A stretch of 51,168 nt of DNA from Anthoceros angustus. Taxonomy: Eukaryota > Plantae > Anthocerotophyta. The stretch is from the NCBI GenBank assembly GCA_010909165.1, contig VJWM01000339.1:1-51168 (forward strand), in the 5' to 3' direction. Shown here piece by piece: positions 1-10,699 of the stretch. Within the stretch, counting starts at the first letter, position 1; the number at the start of each line of letters is the position of its first letter. Below the pieces are notes generated by a model that searched no databases, was not told the origin of the DNA, and saw only the letters and a list, made by a program, of their open reading frames with translations. A program made the translations under genes and the position numbers.

Positions 1-1946
1 GTTGCGGACTGTTGCTATGACAACAACCGACTCGGGAGCCTGTTGCTATGGTAGCAACCAAGTCGGAGTTATTTTCCGATAAATTCGGGAAACCTATTTG
101 GGCGAAATCACGAAATACCCGAATGGGAAGTAGGGGAACATGGAGGTACTTGATCCATTGCCTTGGCACCGGATCCTACCTATGGGTTGGACTCTTATGG
201 AGGAGACTTTCACCGACCCATCCAGGATTCAAGAGCTCACCGAGGAGGAGTACTGGCTATCTGCGAGCACACGAGAGGGAGGAGTCCAGAGGAGGTGGAG
301 ATTTTGTGGGAGAGTTTGCCCAACCAGCCAAGAGGAGGAGAGCAAGAGAGAGCATGGGGATAGGAGGCCTAGGAGGCCTAGAGAGATAATAGGGGTAAGT
401 GACCACAAATAGCTGAGGCCCATGTGCTATAGATAGATCAAATCTTATCTTCTCTTAGTGGGAATTAAGAGATAGGCCTCTAGGACTGTAGGCTAAGACC
501 GATTGGTATTTTGGCAAGCGGCCAAGCTACTTTTGTGGGGTGATCTTGGGTATAAGAGGCCCTCTTGATGAAATGTAAGCAATGTTGGTTTAAGGTCTTG
601 GTGTTTGGGGTGAGCACGGGGTTTGGGGGTACCTGATCCGGTCGTAAGTCTAGACACTTTCTTTGTCACAGGAGAAGCCAGAAGACCACCAAGTTGCCTA
701 GATTGGCCGATCCGCAAGGGTGGTGGAAAGCAAGGGAGGGAGCCTTGAGGTCTCCTTGGAGGAGTTTCCAAGGTCAAGAGGAAGGGGTTGTGAAGGGAGG
801 CTGTCCAGACTCTTCCTCATTCCCTTCAGCTAGTCTAGTACTCACCTTGTGTTTTGAGTTTTCAGGTGTGTTGGAGGTCGGGTGTTTTGGGGAGAAGAGA
901 GGGCGGGGAGCCCGTGTGTGAGGAGAAGACAAGGGGAGCCTGTGTGTGGAGGAGAAGTCAAGGAAAGTCAAGTGAGTTGAGGCCGTGGGCTTGTGTGTTT
1001 GGAAAATGAGAGGAAAAGTGAACTGTGAGAGAAGTGGAGAATCGGACATGGAGAGTTGCTGATTGGCTGTTTGAGAGGAGTAAGAAGGACTGGAAGTCTG
1101 TAAGTGATGTTTGTGTTCGAAGAGAGCGTGAGTGGAGGTTGAAGATCCCGTGAGTGGATGAGACGGAATGATTCGGGAGGTAGCTGAACAAGTATTTTGA
1201 GAGTTGGTGAAGTGCTGTAAGGGCCTGGATGAGAACCTTGTAAGGATGGAGAGGTCTGGAGTGAAAGTGGAGATTGAATGGGGCGGTGAGGTGTGAGAAC
1301 AAGGAGAGTTGAAGAGAGTTCTGGAGACTTGGAGAGTGTGGGGAGGATCGAGAGGCACCTCAAGGGGGCTGAGCCAGAGGTCTATGGAGCTTGGAAGGTG
1401 AGCTGAAAGGCTGGAGGAGAGACAAGGAAGTCAAGAAGTGCCAAGAGAAAGGGTTGTGTGGTGCAACCCTTTATCGTGAGTTGTCCTAGGTTTAGGTTTA
1501 GAGATTAGGGTTAGGGCCTGCTTAGGTTGTCCATAAATAGTGTGTGGAAAAGGTGACACGTGGCTAACTCGATTGGTGGATCTAACTTTGTGGATAGATA
1601 AGAGAGGGTGTCCAACCTTATCCACTTGGATCCCCAAGTGGGTCCCACCCTTCTATTAGCCGACTGATCCCAAGGTGGACCCCACTGCTAAAATAGAGGG
1701 TGGTTGCTAAGATAGCAGTCATCGTTGCTAAGGTAACAGCAGTGAGGCGCTAAGATAGCCCGAGTGTTGTTAGGATAGTAGCTGCTATCGCTAGATGTTT
1801 GGTGTGTCTCGTGTTTGGTTGGATTGGCTATGTTTTGGTTGTCTTGACACGAAATCACTCCCTTGGGTACGAATCTCAAGTCTACAACGATAAAGAGGGT
1901 AAATGTGGCCTCTTTGTGACCACTTGGTTTAGAAAATCACTCCACA
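1..1946 (+). mobile_element. 5' LTR of Ty3/gypsy (Athila-like) element, 'alpha' subtype, carrying a ~2.3-kb internal deletion; start lies before the window
   Basis: Ends ...AAAATCACTCCACA at 1946, immediately followed by TTT and a PBS. Positions 1-135 match 37230-37365 of the long LTR and 136-1946 match 39680-41185. Confidence 0.85.
1487..1564 (-). promoter_or_regulatory. Alpha-LTR block with telo-box-like repeats, TATA-like element and G-box/ABRE (second copy at 24552-24630)
   Basis: TAGGTTTAGGTTTAGAGATTAGGGTTAGGG at 1487-1516, CCATAAATAG at 1531-1540 and ACACGTGGC at 1556-1564. A TCP-type GTGGGTCCCAC lies at ~1638. Function is inferred only. Confidence 0.35.
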
Positions 1947-1949
1947 TTT

Positions 1950-1967
1950 TGGCGCCGTTGCCGGGGA
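1950..1967 (+). promoter_or_regulatory. Primer-binding site complementary to the 3' end of tRNA-Asp
   Basis: TGGCGCCGTTGCCGGGGA lies 3 nt after the LTR CA. It is the reverse complement of the plant cytosolic tRNA-Asp(GUC) 3' end (UCCCCGGCAACGGCGCCA), the PBS type known for Athila-lineage elements. Confidence 0.92.
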
Positions 1968-2331
1968 GTGTCATTGTTGTCAAGACCTTAGAGTAGACTA
2001 ACCTTGTCTAGTAGTGTATTAGGAGTCTTGAGTGTGATACATGGATGCTACCCATTGAGTCTGAAAGTTCCGACTCCAGTGAAGAGAAGACTTCAGCAAG
2101 AAGACAACGTCAAGCTGTGGAGCGAGGACGAAGGGCTGCAGACCGAGAGCTGAGGAGAGCACAGCAAAGCAACGTACCTGCTGGGAGGAGCCAAGAAGCA
2201 AGCAACAGGCTGCCTAGGATCGACCATCCTTGTCTTGACCCTCGAACTTGCGACTGCGTGAACTCGGAACTTTTGGACAGTATGCTAAGAGATCTATTGC
2301 TAGACCAACAAGCTGTCGGATAGTAACGATC

Positions 2332-4218
2332 ATGGCGACTCCAGTTCCTTTTGCAATGACTACCAAGCAACCATACCCACTATATGGAGAAAAGAAGGGG
2401 TATGAAGATCCAGACGAGTTTGTTGAACGCTTTGAGCAACTAACCATTGCAAATCAGGAATCTGGGGATCTACAGCGCATTCAACTCTTCTACGGAAGTG
2501 GTACAAGAGGGAGTACCTCATGGCATCAGCACCCCCAGCAACCTTCAACGAATCAAGCCTTTTGAGAGGTTCAGGGAATAGATGTAGAAGGCTACGTGTT
2601 GTCAAAGTTGGAGTTTTGAGGAGAAGAAGGAGAGGAGCAAGCTTATGTTGAGAGGTTTCTTAACTTGCGTGATCGTAGTGGTCCTCACTCGACTTGCCAT
2701 TCGGTGGTTTGCTAAGGTTAGGTTCCGAGATGGGCCGACATGTGAGGTCAAGCGGAGAAGGACGTGACAAGGCCATCAAGGCGGCACTCAACTACTAAGA
2801 ATCCAACTCCTGGACAGAAGAAGCACAAGAAGGAAAAGGCAAGAAGAAGAAGTCCAAGCGAGGAAGAAGAACAAGGATCTTCGTCGTCGGAGGAAGAATC
2901 TTGAGGAGAGTGACTCCTCTCAAGATTCAGACTGAGGACTCTTCCTGAGGATGGCGACGGAGGAAGAATCCTCAAGACGAGTCACCAAGAGGGAAGAAGA
3001 AGAAGGTTGACATCGCTAAGAAGAAACCAGGCTCGAGGATCAAGGGAGCTGGCAGGCTAAACAAGAGGTTGCTAGTGCCAAGAAGGAAGTGGAACAAGTC
3101 AAGAAGGAGGCTGAAGCTGTGAAGAAATGAAGATGGAGGAAATGATGAGCAAATTCGAGAAGTTTCACCTCAACGCCTGTGAAGGAGCATGAGAAGAGGA
3201 GAGCCATCCAATCGGGCTAACTGTTTTTTTTCCACTTGTGGCCAGGCCACCAAGTCCAACTGTCATGTGGCCAAGGTGCACATGCTCGCCTACGAGGAGG
3301 AGGAAGAGGAGGCGGCGGTGGAGGATACCTACCGGATCCGGAGGTTTCCAAGGACAATCAAGGCATCCATCCGTCGATGCTGCGAAATTCCATGGGGGCG
3401 CCGTAACAACCAAGTGCCTGTGGTTACAACAAGCGGTGTGGTTCAGGCTACAATCGAGAGGCTTTGGTCATTATGTGAATAGTCCATCGCCACAGACAGA
3501 GCCAATGGTGACTACGAACGGCTGTGCCAAGACTGCAAACAACAGGGTCATGTGGCGGGGAGTGTCACTTGCCCAAACCCAAGGAAGGATGTTCGAATTG
3601 CTCAACCACCTGTGGCAGGAGTTCAGCAAGCAGCACCTCAAGGAGCTGTTGCAGCCATGCACGTGGAGGATGCCCTTATGGCTGTTTGGGAGGATGCGGA
3701 AGCCATGGTGTTGCGGGAGCTAGATGGACTGGGGTGCAGGGAGACTACTACGGAGAGGCTGCAGCCATGGCTGTGCGCACTAGGAGTGAAAAAGCTAGGA
3801 GGAAGCTGCGGAAGAAGAAAGAGACGGAGGTGGAATCAGCCACAAAGTCTGAAGAGAGCACTCCAAGCCTGGAGGGAACGGATCTGGAGGAGACACTTGA
3901 GAAGGAGAACCCAGAAGGAAGAATCAAGGAGTGAATCGCGGGGGCCATCTTTGAGAAAAGAAGTTCCAGAAAAGGGAGAGGAAACCGAGTTTCCACGGAC
4001 GGGAAGTCATGGAGATGATAGAGGAGGAATTGACCAAGACAGTGGCTGCGAGCCTGATCCCAGAGCAGAAGTCCTCCTCGAGCAACCGCCGTTGCTAAGC
4101 AAGCAACCGCCGACGTTGTTGCTAAGGGGCAACCGCGCTGGGAAGAAGGAGGAATCGGAGGACCATTTAACCTTCAAGCCATCATGGATCGCAATTTGCC
4201 ATCACGTTTGGTCAACTA
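2332..4218 (+). pseudogene. gag: Retrotransposon Gag (capsid-like region, Lys/Glu-rich spacer, CCHC zinc knuckles), frameshifted
   Basis: ATG at 2332 gives MATPVPFAMTTKQPYPLYGEKKGYEDPDEFVERFEQL. A YVERFLNLRD motif occurs near 2645. Knuckles reconstructed across indels: CFHCGQASHTKSNC (~3218-3265, using the copy at 42470) and CQDCKQQGHVARECH (~3527-3570), plus a possible third H-x4-C near 3657. The 3' boundary is approximate. Confidence 0.8.
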
Positions 4219-4974
4219 TTGAAGGACAACCCGTACAACAAGTTCGGGGCCTTGCAAGAAGCGCAAGAGGAAGAGGCGATTGCCCAAGCCGGGACCAAGG
4301 TGCTGACTCTGATCAACCTAGTGTCCATGATAGACCAAGGGCCAGCGGAGCTGCAAGTGGAGATCGCTGGCTGTGTCATCAAGCGGGTTCCCTTGGATAC
4401 CGGATCCGGGGTGAACATCATGACGGAAGGGATAGCGAGGAAGCTTGGGTTGGACATTGAGCATACCACCAAGGTGCTGAGATTGGCTGACATGTCAAAA
4501 ATGCAGCCTGTGGGAGAACTGAAGGGAGTAACCACCATCATAGGGACCATTCCCTATGTCATGGACTATGTGGTTATCCAGCACAAGGCGCCAGGGTACG
4601 ACATACTATTGGGGAGGACCTGGCTGTATGGCTCAAGATGCAAGATGACTTGGGGGAGGAAGGAAGTGGCTTTTAAGCCAATGGATTGGGACCCCAAGAC
4701 AAAGGAGGGCCGAATGTGTTTGAGTTGGAGCAGGGATACCTACTGTGGGGAGACTCCTACAGCAACGGAAGGATACACATCAGCTGGAGAAACATCTGAC
4801 CTGGAGGAAGAAGGAGAGAAATTGGACAAGTTTCCTTTTGCACATATCGCATGGTCGGATGAGGAGGAGGAGTATAGGAGGGACATCCCTTACTCCCTCA
4901 ATCTAGTGGACTGCTTTGGTTTCATGGAGGACTGCCATGAGGAGGTGAGCGAGGCGGTTGCTAAGCGTTGCTAA
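4219..4974 (+). CDS. pol: Retropepsin (aspartic protease) domain plus acidic linker of Pol
   Basis: The ORF contains RVPLDTGSGVNIM (catalytic DTG at 4396-4404) and YDILLGRTWL, both retroviral-type protease signatures. An acidic spacer follows. Confidence 0.88.
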   Translation: MKDNPYNKFGALQEAQEEEAIAQAGTKVLTLINLVSMIDQGPAELQVEIAGCVIKRVPLDTGSGVNIMTEGIARKLGLDIEHTTKVLRLADMSKMQPVGELKGVTTIIGTIPYVMDYVVIQHKAPGYDILLGRTWLYGSRCKMTWGRKEVAFKPMDWDPKTKEGRMCLSWSRDTYCGETPTATEGYTSAGETSDLEEEGEKLDKFPFAHIAWSDEEEEYRRDIPYSLNLVDCFGFMEDCHEEVSEAVAKRC

Positions 4975-5299
4975 AAGGCAGTTGCTAAGGAAGCAACAGC
5001 TGATTCTGAAAAGGCGGTTGCTAAGGAAGGGCGAGACAAGAACAGTGAAAGGGAAGCCCTTGGGATGGTGTATTCAATGGAGAAGGTGGAGTGTGATCAA
5101 GAAGATCATTTTCCGGATGAAGCTTTCTTCTTTGGAGGAGGATGAGGAGAGTGCTAGGCCCAATGCCAAGTTGACTGAAACGGAGGTACACACCAAATGA
5201 GAAGGGAGGGAGAAGTTTTGCAGCCGCCTATGAGGAGGTCTTTCATTTTTTAGTCGATACTGCACTGTCCTGCATGACAACAGAGGTTGTTCCTATACT

Positions 5300-6000
5300 T
5301 CTCCGGCACTGTTGTTAAGCCGAGACAAGCTGCTGGTAGGGCCGATGGAGTTGAGAGGTTGTGGGTCAAGGATGGTCAAAGGACCGGGTTCTCGGCCTTG
5401 CATGAGGAGGAGGCTGAGGTCACTATGCCGCCGTGACTGTAAGAAGATCTTGGAGGCGGTGTATTGGTGGCCAACCTTGCACGCTGATGCTAGGGAGTTC
5501 ATCAAGCGTTGTGATGCATGTCAAAGGTTTGGGAAGCCAACTAGGACCACACAGTGGCCATTGGTCCCTATCCTAGCCTTGGCGCCTTTCGAGAGGTGGG
5601 GGATTGACTTCGTTGGGCCGATTCAGCCCAAGACCAAGGGGAGCCAGAATCAATATATTCTGGTAGCAACGGACTACTGTACCCGCATGTTGGAAGCTCA
5701 AGCCTTGCCCGTGGACACAGAAATGTGGTGGCGGTTCTGTTGAGCACATCATCACAGGTCAGGTGCCGTTGGAATTGGTTAGCAACAGTACCCATTTCAT
5801 CAACGAGGTGATCTCACACATGGTGGAGTACTTCAACGTGAAGACCCCTACAACCCCAAGGCGAATGGACTCACGGAGAAAGCTAATGGGTTGCTTTGCG
5901 AGATCCTCAACAAGTTGATCATCACCTACACCTACGATTGGGACCCGGAAGCTTCACTTTCGGCGTTGTGGGCGTCAGGATAGCGGAGAAGGTGACCACA
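5300..6000 (+). pseudogene. pol: DDE integrase (H2C2 zinc finger and catalytic core), frameshifted and truncated at ~6000 by repeat M
   Basis: Motifs ...YWWPTLHADAREFIKRCDACQRFGKP, PFERWGIDFVGPI, YILVATDY, NPKANGLTEKANG and (S)ALWA...EKVTT appear in collinear order. Confidence 0.9.
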
Positions 6001-6729
6001 CCCTAGAAAAGGGCACCCTATTTACACTTTATGTTAAGATTTGGACCCTGGATGTAACACTCATGTTGCAATTTTGGGGTCATGTAACACTATTGGGCCC
6101 CTTGTTACACTTTGGCTTGGAAACCATACCACGGATTGTTGCAATCATGTTGCAATGGTGTTGCAATTATGTTAAGATGAAGAGAGGTGGTTTTGCCTCT
6201 CTCAAAATTGCAACATGATTGACATCTAAAGTGTTACAAGAGAGGTCTTGTAACACTTTTGGAGGCTTGCACCGAACCTCCTCCCCATCCACCATTGCCT
6301 TTTACTTTTGCCCTTTGAAATACCACGCTTTTACTTGGTAGTTACCACCGCCCTTCAATACGACCATATATAAATACGTATCAATACATCCTTGTACTAT
6401 ACGCATGTAGTCTACGGTGATAAATGTAATGTATTATTCTAAGTGCTATATATTCAATTTCATATAAAATAAGTTTGTATATACACATTACATTACATCG
6501 TCCGTATATTCATGGTACGATACTTTGTATTTACTATACGTGTAAATAGCGACGCCCTTTATACCCCTACTTTATAGCATGCTGGCATGGTTTGTCCTTC
6601 CCAATAGCCATCGGCTTCGCCATGGCGCCCAAGAAGATATTGTCCCCACCTATCACCTTATTGTGACATCACCGTGAGGTTATGCCCTACAAGATTGTGC
6701 CGCGGAGGAGATTTGGTATGCGCTGGCTT

Positions 6730-9700
6730 ATGCTTTTCCGCCTCCATGTAAGGCACTTCCTACTCCATCGTATGCACCTACAGAAACTTCCGCCTCCCGC
6801 TCGATTCGCAATTTTCTTCTTCCTCCCACTTGCGTTGGCCGAGGCAAGCTTTGCCACTTCCTCCGCTTCCTCTCGCCTTCGCAGCACACATTGCACATAC
6901 AAACCAGCATGGTCATGAGTTATCCAGTTAATGGGTTTCCACAAAGAAGTCCATTTGCCTTACCTTCCCTCCGCCCTCCTCTTTTCTTCTCGCCCTTCTT
7001 GCTGGACATTTTCCTCTCCGTCCTCCTTCTTCCGGCCGCAGCCCGTGCCCTTGTCACTCGCCCACCGCCGCCGCCTCTACTCCTCCTCCTGCTTTTCTTC
7101 GCCTCCACCCTTTATCACAGTGGCATTGCCTCAACTGGGCTCCACTATGTGTCCATGCTCTCAGATCCGAGGCGCAAGGTATGTGTCTGCAAAATTAGGC
7201 ACATCGCCTTCAAGACTCGCCTCCTGCGGCCCATGTTCTCGCAGCTGCCCCCACGGCCTCCATCTCGTGCATTGGCCTTTGCCGATATCAAGCACTGCAT
7301 GTTGCCCTCTTAGTCCTCCTTCATTCTCTCCCTCGACATCCGCCTCATGTTCACATGCCGCCTTTTGCCCCCGCCCACCATGGCCGCCGGGTGATCCACA
7401 TCGCCCGCCTCCGCCACCCGCCTCCTCCTAGTCCCCCGCGATTTTTGGCTGTCCATAGTGCACACAAGTGTGTTTCCCGTGACGGTTTGTTGCCCCTCCG
7501 TGCTCCACCACCCGACTCCCCGCCTCCACACACCTTGTTCCTCGCCCCATCCGGCCGCCACTCCATCTCGATCCCAACGGCCTCCACCTCCCCATACATG
7601 GTCACACCGCCGCGGCACCCTCCACCTCTTTTCCATTATTTGCTTGCTGCCCACCGACCCTCGTTGCCTCCATTGACCCCAATGTGCATGCCTTCCACCA
7701 ACCCTAGGCAATCGTGGTGTCGGGCACCACAATATCGCCCACACTCCACTCGCCCCTCCGCCGCCTCCCTCCTGCATGCTTCCTCAAGACCGCGCCTCAC
7801 CGCCTCCACTTCGCTCCTTGTTCATCGCCGCTTTCCCCATTCAAAGTCCTTGTCCCTCGCCCCTCGGCCTCCTTCCTCCCAAGCCCCTTCCGCGCCATCT
7901 GCATTCCTTGATAGCCTCTCATCGTCCATGTCACCACCTCGCACCATCGTTGCCTCCCACCCCTTCCTTCCGCTGCCCTAAAGGCCACCATATCGGATCC
8001 ATCTTCAATTCAATGTCATAAGCAAAATGGTCATTTCCTTGTTCTCCTTGCAATAGCTCGAACCTCTAGGATCTTTTCATACACTCCCTATCTTACTGAA
8101 GGAACTCAGGCAGAACCCCACTATCGCCTTTCACGATTTCCACCCTTTCCCTTCTAGCAATCGCGCCACCGTCCCTCGAAAGGTTGCCTCCCTTGTCTCC
8201 AAGCTTGAACGCCCGCCAAGATGCCAGTGCACATGTGTTACCCGCTTTGTCCACCATGCCCACTCATCCGCTGCAAACTTCGAACGTGCACACTTTGCCC
8301 ATCACTTGCCATTAACGCAGTCTGCGAAACCCACCTCATCCAATGTAAATAGCTCTTCATCTATTTCCTTCACTTCGCACGCAGGCTCCAACTCCGCATC
8401 CGTCGGCCGGGAGGTTCCACGTCTCAAAGTCGTCAAAATCAAGTCCGGGTTGGCAGCCATGTCGCCTCGCCTTACCTCTCGACTGCCTTCGAGGAGGCCG
8501 CTTCTTCACATCGCCGATCGAATGGAGACCACCGGGTGCGTGGATGAGCGAGATAGCCCGAGGCCATTTGGCCCCTCATCCTCCCCACCCACACGGTCTG
8601 CCGCCCGTCCGACTATGGTGTTCGGCGCCTTCACGTGACTCTAGCAAGCTTCACCTCGCCATACTCCCCATCCTGCGAACCGGTTGTCCACCACCTTCGC
8701 TACGTCAAGGCAATGGCTTCCTCTCGGTGAAAGGTGCGCCATGAGTCCCTACTGCAATTCAAGGCTGCTATTTTGAAAAGCTTTGTTTGCAAAGGCCCGG
8801 TTGTCATTTACTCCTCTTGGCGGAGACCGATGCACATGCTACTTGCCCATAATCAACAATTTTCCGACCACAACCTCGACTTGGGAGCAAGTTTCATGTC
8901 CCATTGGTTATGTACGTTACTCATGATGTATTATATTGCCCACATGGCGCACCGCCTCAATGCGCCCATTCCGCATTTTACCATTAATCATCGCCTTCCA
9001 CCGACCAAAGATTGCCTTGTGCATCCGTGAGGGAGGAGACAATAGACTATAGCATGCAAACCAATCACCATACATGATTTATTCCACTTTCAAAGACGCG
9101 TGACTCGAAGTGACGCGCAGGGGTGACTTGTCATGTCCGTCAACGGTATGGACGGGCACCAAACCATACCCATCCATTCCGCCAAGGACAAGACAGTCAT
9201 CGAGTTTTATTGTGACGATGGGAAGTACAAGTAGTGATCAAGGATGAAGGACTTTCCCATCCCAATGTTTAATTACGAAGCATATGTCCCCACATTGTGA
9301 GGTATAAACCGTCCCCACACGACGACGCCAGGCCCCGAGACGAAGAGAAGGGACGACCCTCCATACCGTCCTTGATGGCCGAGGGAGAGCAACCTCCCAT
9401 CCATCATCCTCGATGGCCATCACATTGACTGTGGAATTGCACTTGTCCTTAATGGCCATCGCCGGTTTCCACCACTGTGCAACAATAATGTGCACACACT
9501 TCGCAATGATCCACAAATGACACAGTCGCAGCGGAAGGCGGGCGGTTTTGACTTATGGATTCCACAAACACTTTAGCCTCGCAGGCATGGACTTGTAGGT
9601 AGGCGAATAGGGCCAAAAAGTGTTCACATCCGGCCTCAGAACCCCCAGCCATACTGGTGTGGTCACTAACACCATGCCCGCACCATGTGGAAGGAACCAC

Positions 9701-10400
9701 CTCGCCACCCAGCAAGTCCCCACGAGGATAGCCACGATGAGGCTCGCTCCACGCCATGAGGCGGTGACACCGCCTCCAACCTTTGCAAAGGATCCTTGAT
9801 GGCCATCAATGATTTCTAGTTGTGAAGATGGAGACATGAACACACGCCTCGTGAACTACCACTCCACGCCCATTTAGGTTTCCGACGGCTAGCTCGCATA
9901 CGCCAACATGTCCGTCATACATGGCATAAGGTAGCAGGAGAGCGCGCAGTGTGCATGCCGAAGATCGCTCAGCGAGGATGACCAAGAGAAAGGTAGTAGC
10001 GTGAAGAGGGGCAAGGTGGTGACATTTAAAGCGGACCACCACCTTCTACACTTGTGCCCTGTGCCACATCGGGTTGCGGATGAGAGGATCTTGAATTTCA
10101 ACTGCTTTACATGTGACAAACCAAACATGGCTGCTTTGATGGTCGCCACAACAAAGTGACGGCTGGTAAATGCAATGAGTGTGAAGTCGAGCGCCGCTAT
10201 AAAGGAGCGGAATGCGAAGTTTGTTTTCATGTCTCCTAAGGGCTGGAAACTTTGACGGTGCGACGCCATAGTGACGCCGTGAGTCCACCCTAGCATGGTG
10301 CCGATGGTGAATACATTATACGCTCGCCATGTGACGCGCATGATTGGTGGAGAATGGGAGTCTAACGGACATCATTATCTAGGAGAACGGCATATATATG
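6730..10400 (-). pseudogene. Decayed MULE-type transposase-like reading frame with SWIM-like finger and Cys-rich C-terminus
   Basis: By-eye consensus of three copies gives, in order: (G/C)SFHMVRAW (9672-9695), Y.AEWM, AIES..LK, DW, MGALRA, WA..CTC.SAKR....GLCK(H/Q).LFKI (8775-8855), then CxxC/CxNxC motifs near 6900-7210. Many indels and shared stops; boundaries are approximate. Confidence 0.45.
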
Positions 10401-10699
10401 GCAAATTCACATACGGACGGTCCTTCATTCATGGCATAATGAAAGGGGCATTTAGTTTGCTTGAATGGCTCTCACGTGCCACCCACCGTCCTTGCACAAT
10501 GGTGTAGATGTTGATATAGATTATTACAAACAAGGAATCAAGGCTCTACCAAACGACCTTCGACGTGGCATGTTTTCTTCCATGCCATGAGTTTTCAATT
10601 ATTCTAATGGCTTGCACCCACCTTCCTTGGACCATGGTGGAGGGAGAATTTTATTTGAGAGAAAGGGAACCATTGTCCTTGGTTCATGGCGTTGTAAGA

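Noticed and set aside
42-58. RFX X-box
   Set aside because: The resemblance is real, but RFX factors are not known from green plants and the motif tracks the TE rather than host promoters.
774-1363. Ser/Pro/His/Leu-rich ORFs antisense to GA-rich LTR and M sequence (also 13259-13985, 19948-20675, 36259-36963)
   Set aside because: These are compositional shadows of purine-rich DNA; frames are not conserved between copies.
1487-1516. Interstitial telomere or chromosome-fusion scar
   Set aside because: Only ~5 degenerate units, embedded at the same position in two LTR copies.
6622-6666. MAPKK start in M suggesting a plus-strand gene or a link to the LTR ORF
   Set aside because: It stops after 14 codons in both copies, and there is no further similarity to the LTR ORF.
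8215-8260. GNTCALAS as a USP-type deubiquitinase Cys box
   Set aside because: It is only a four-residue match; no His box or other USP motifs were found.
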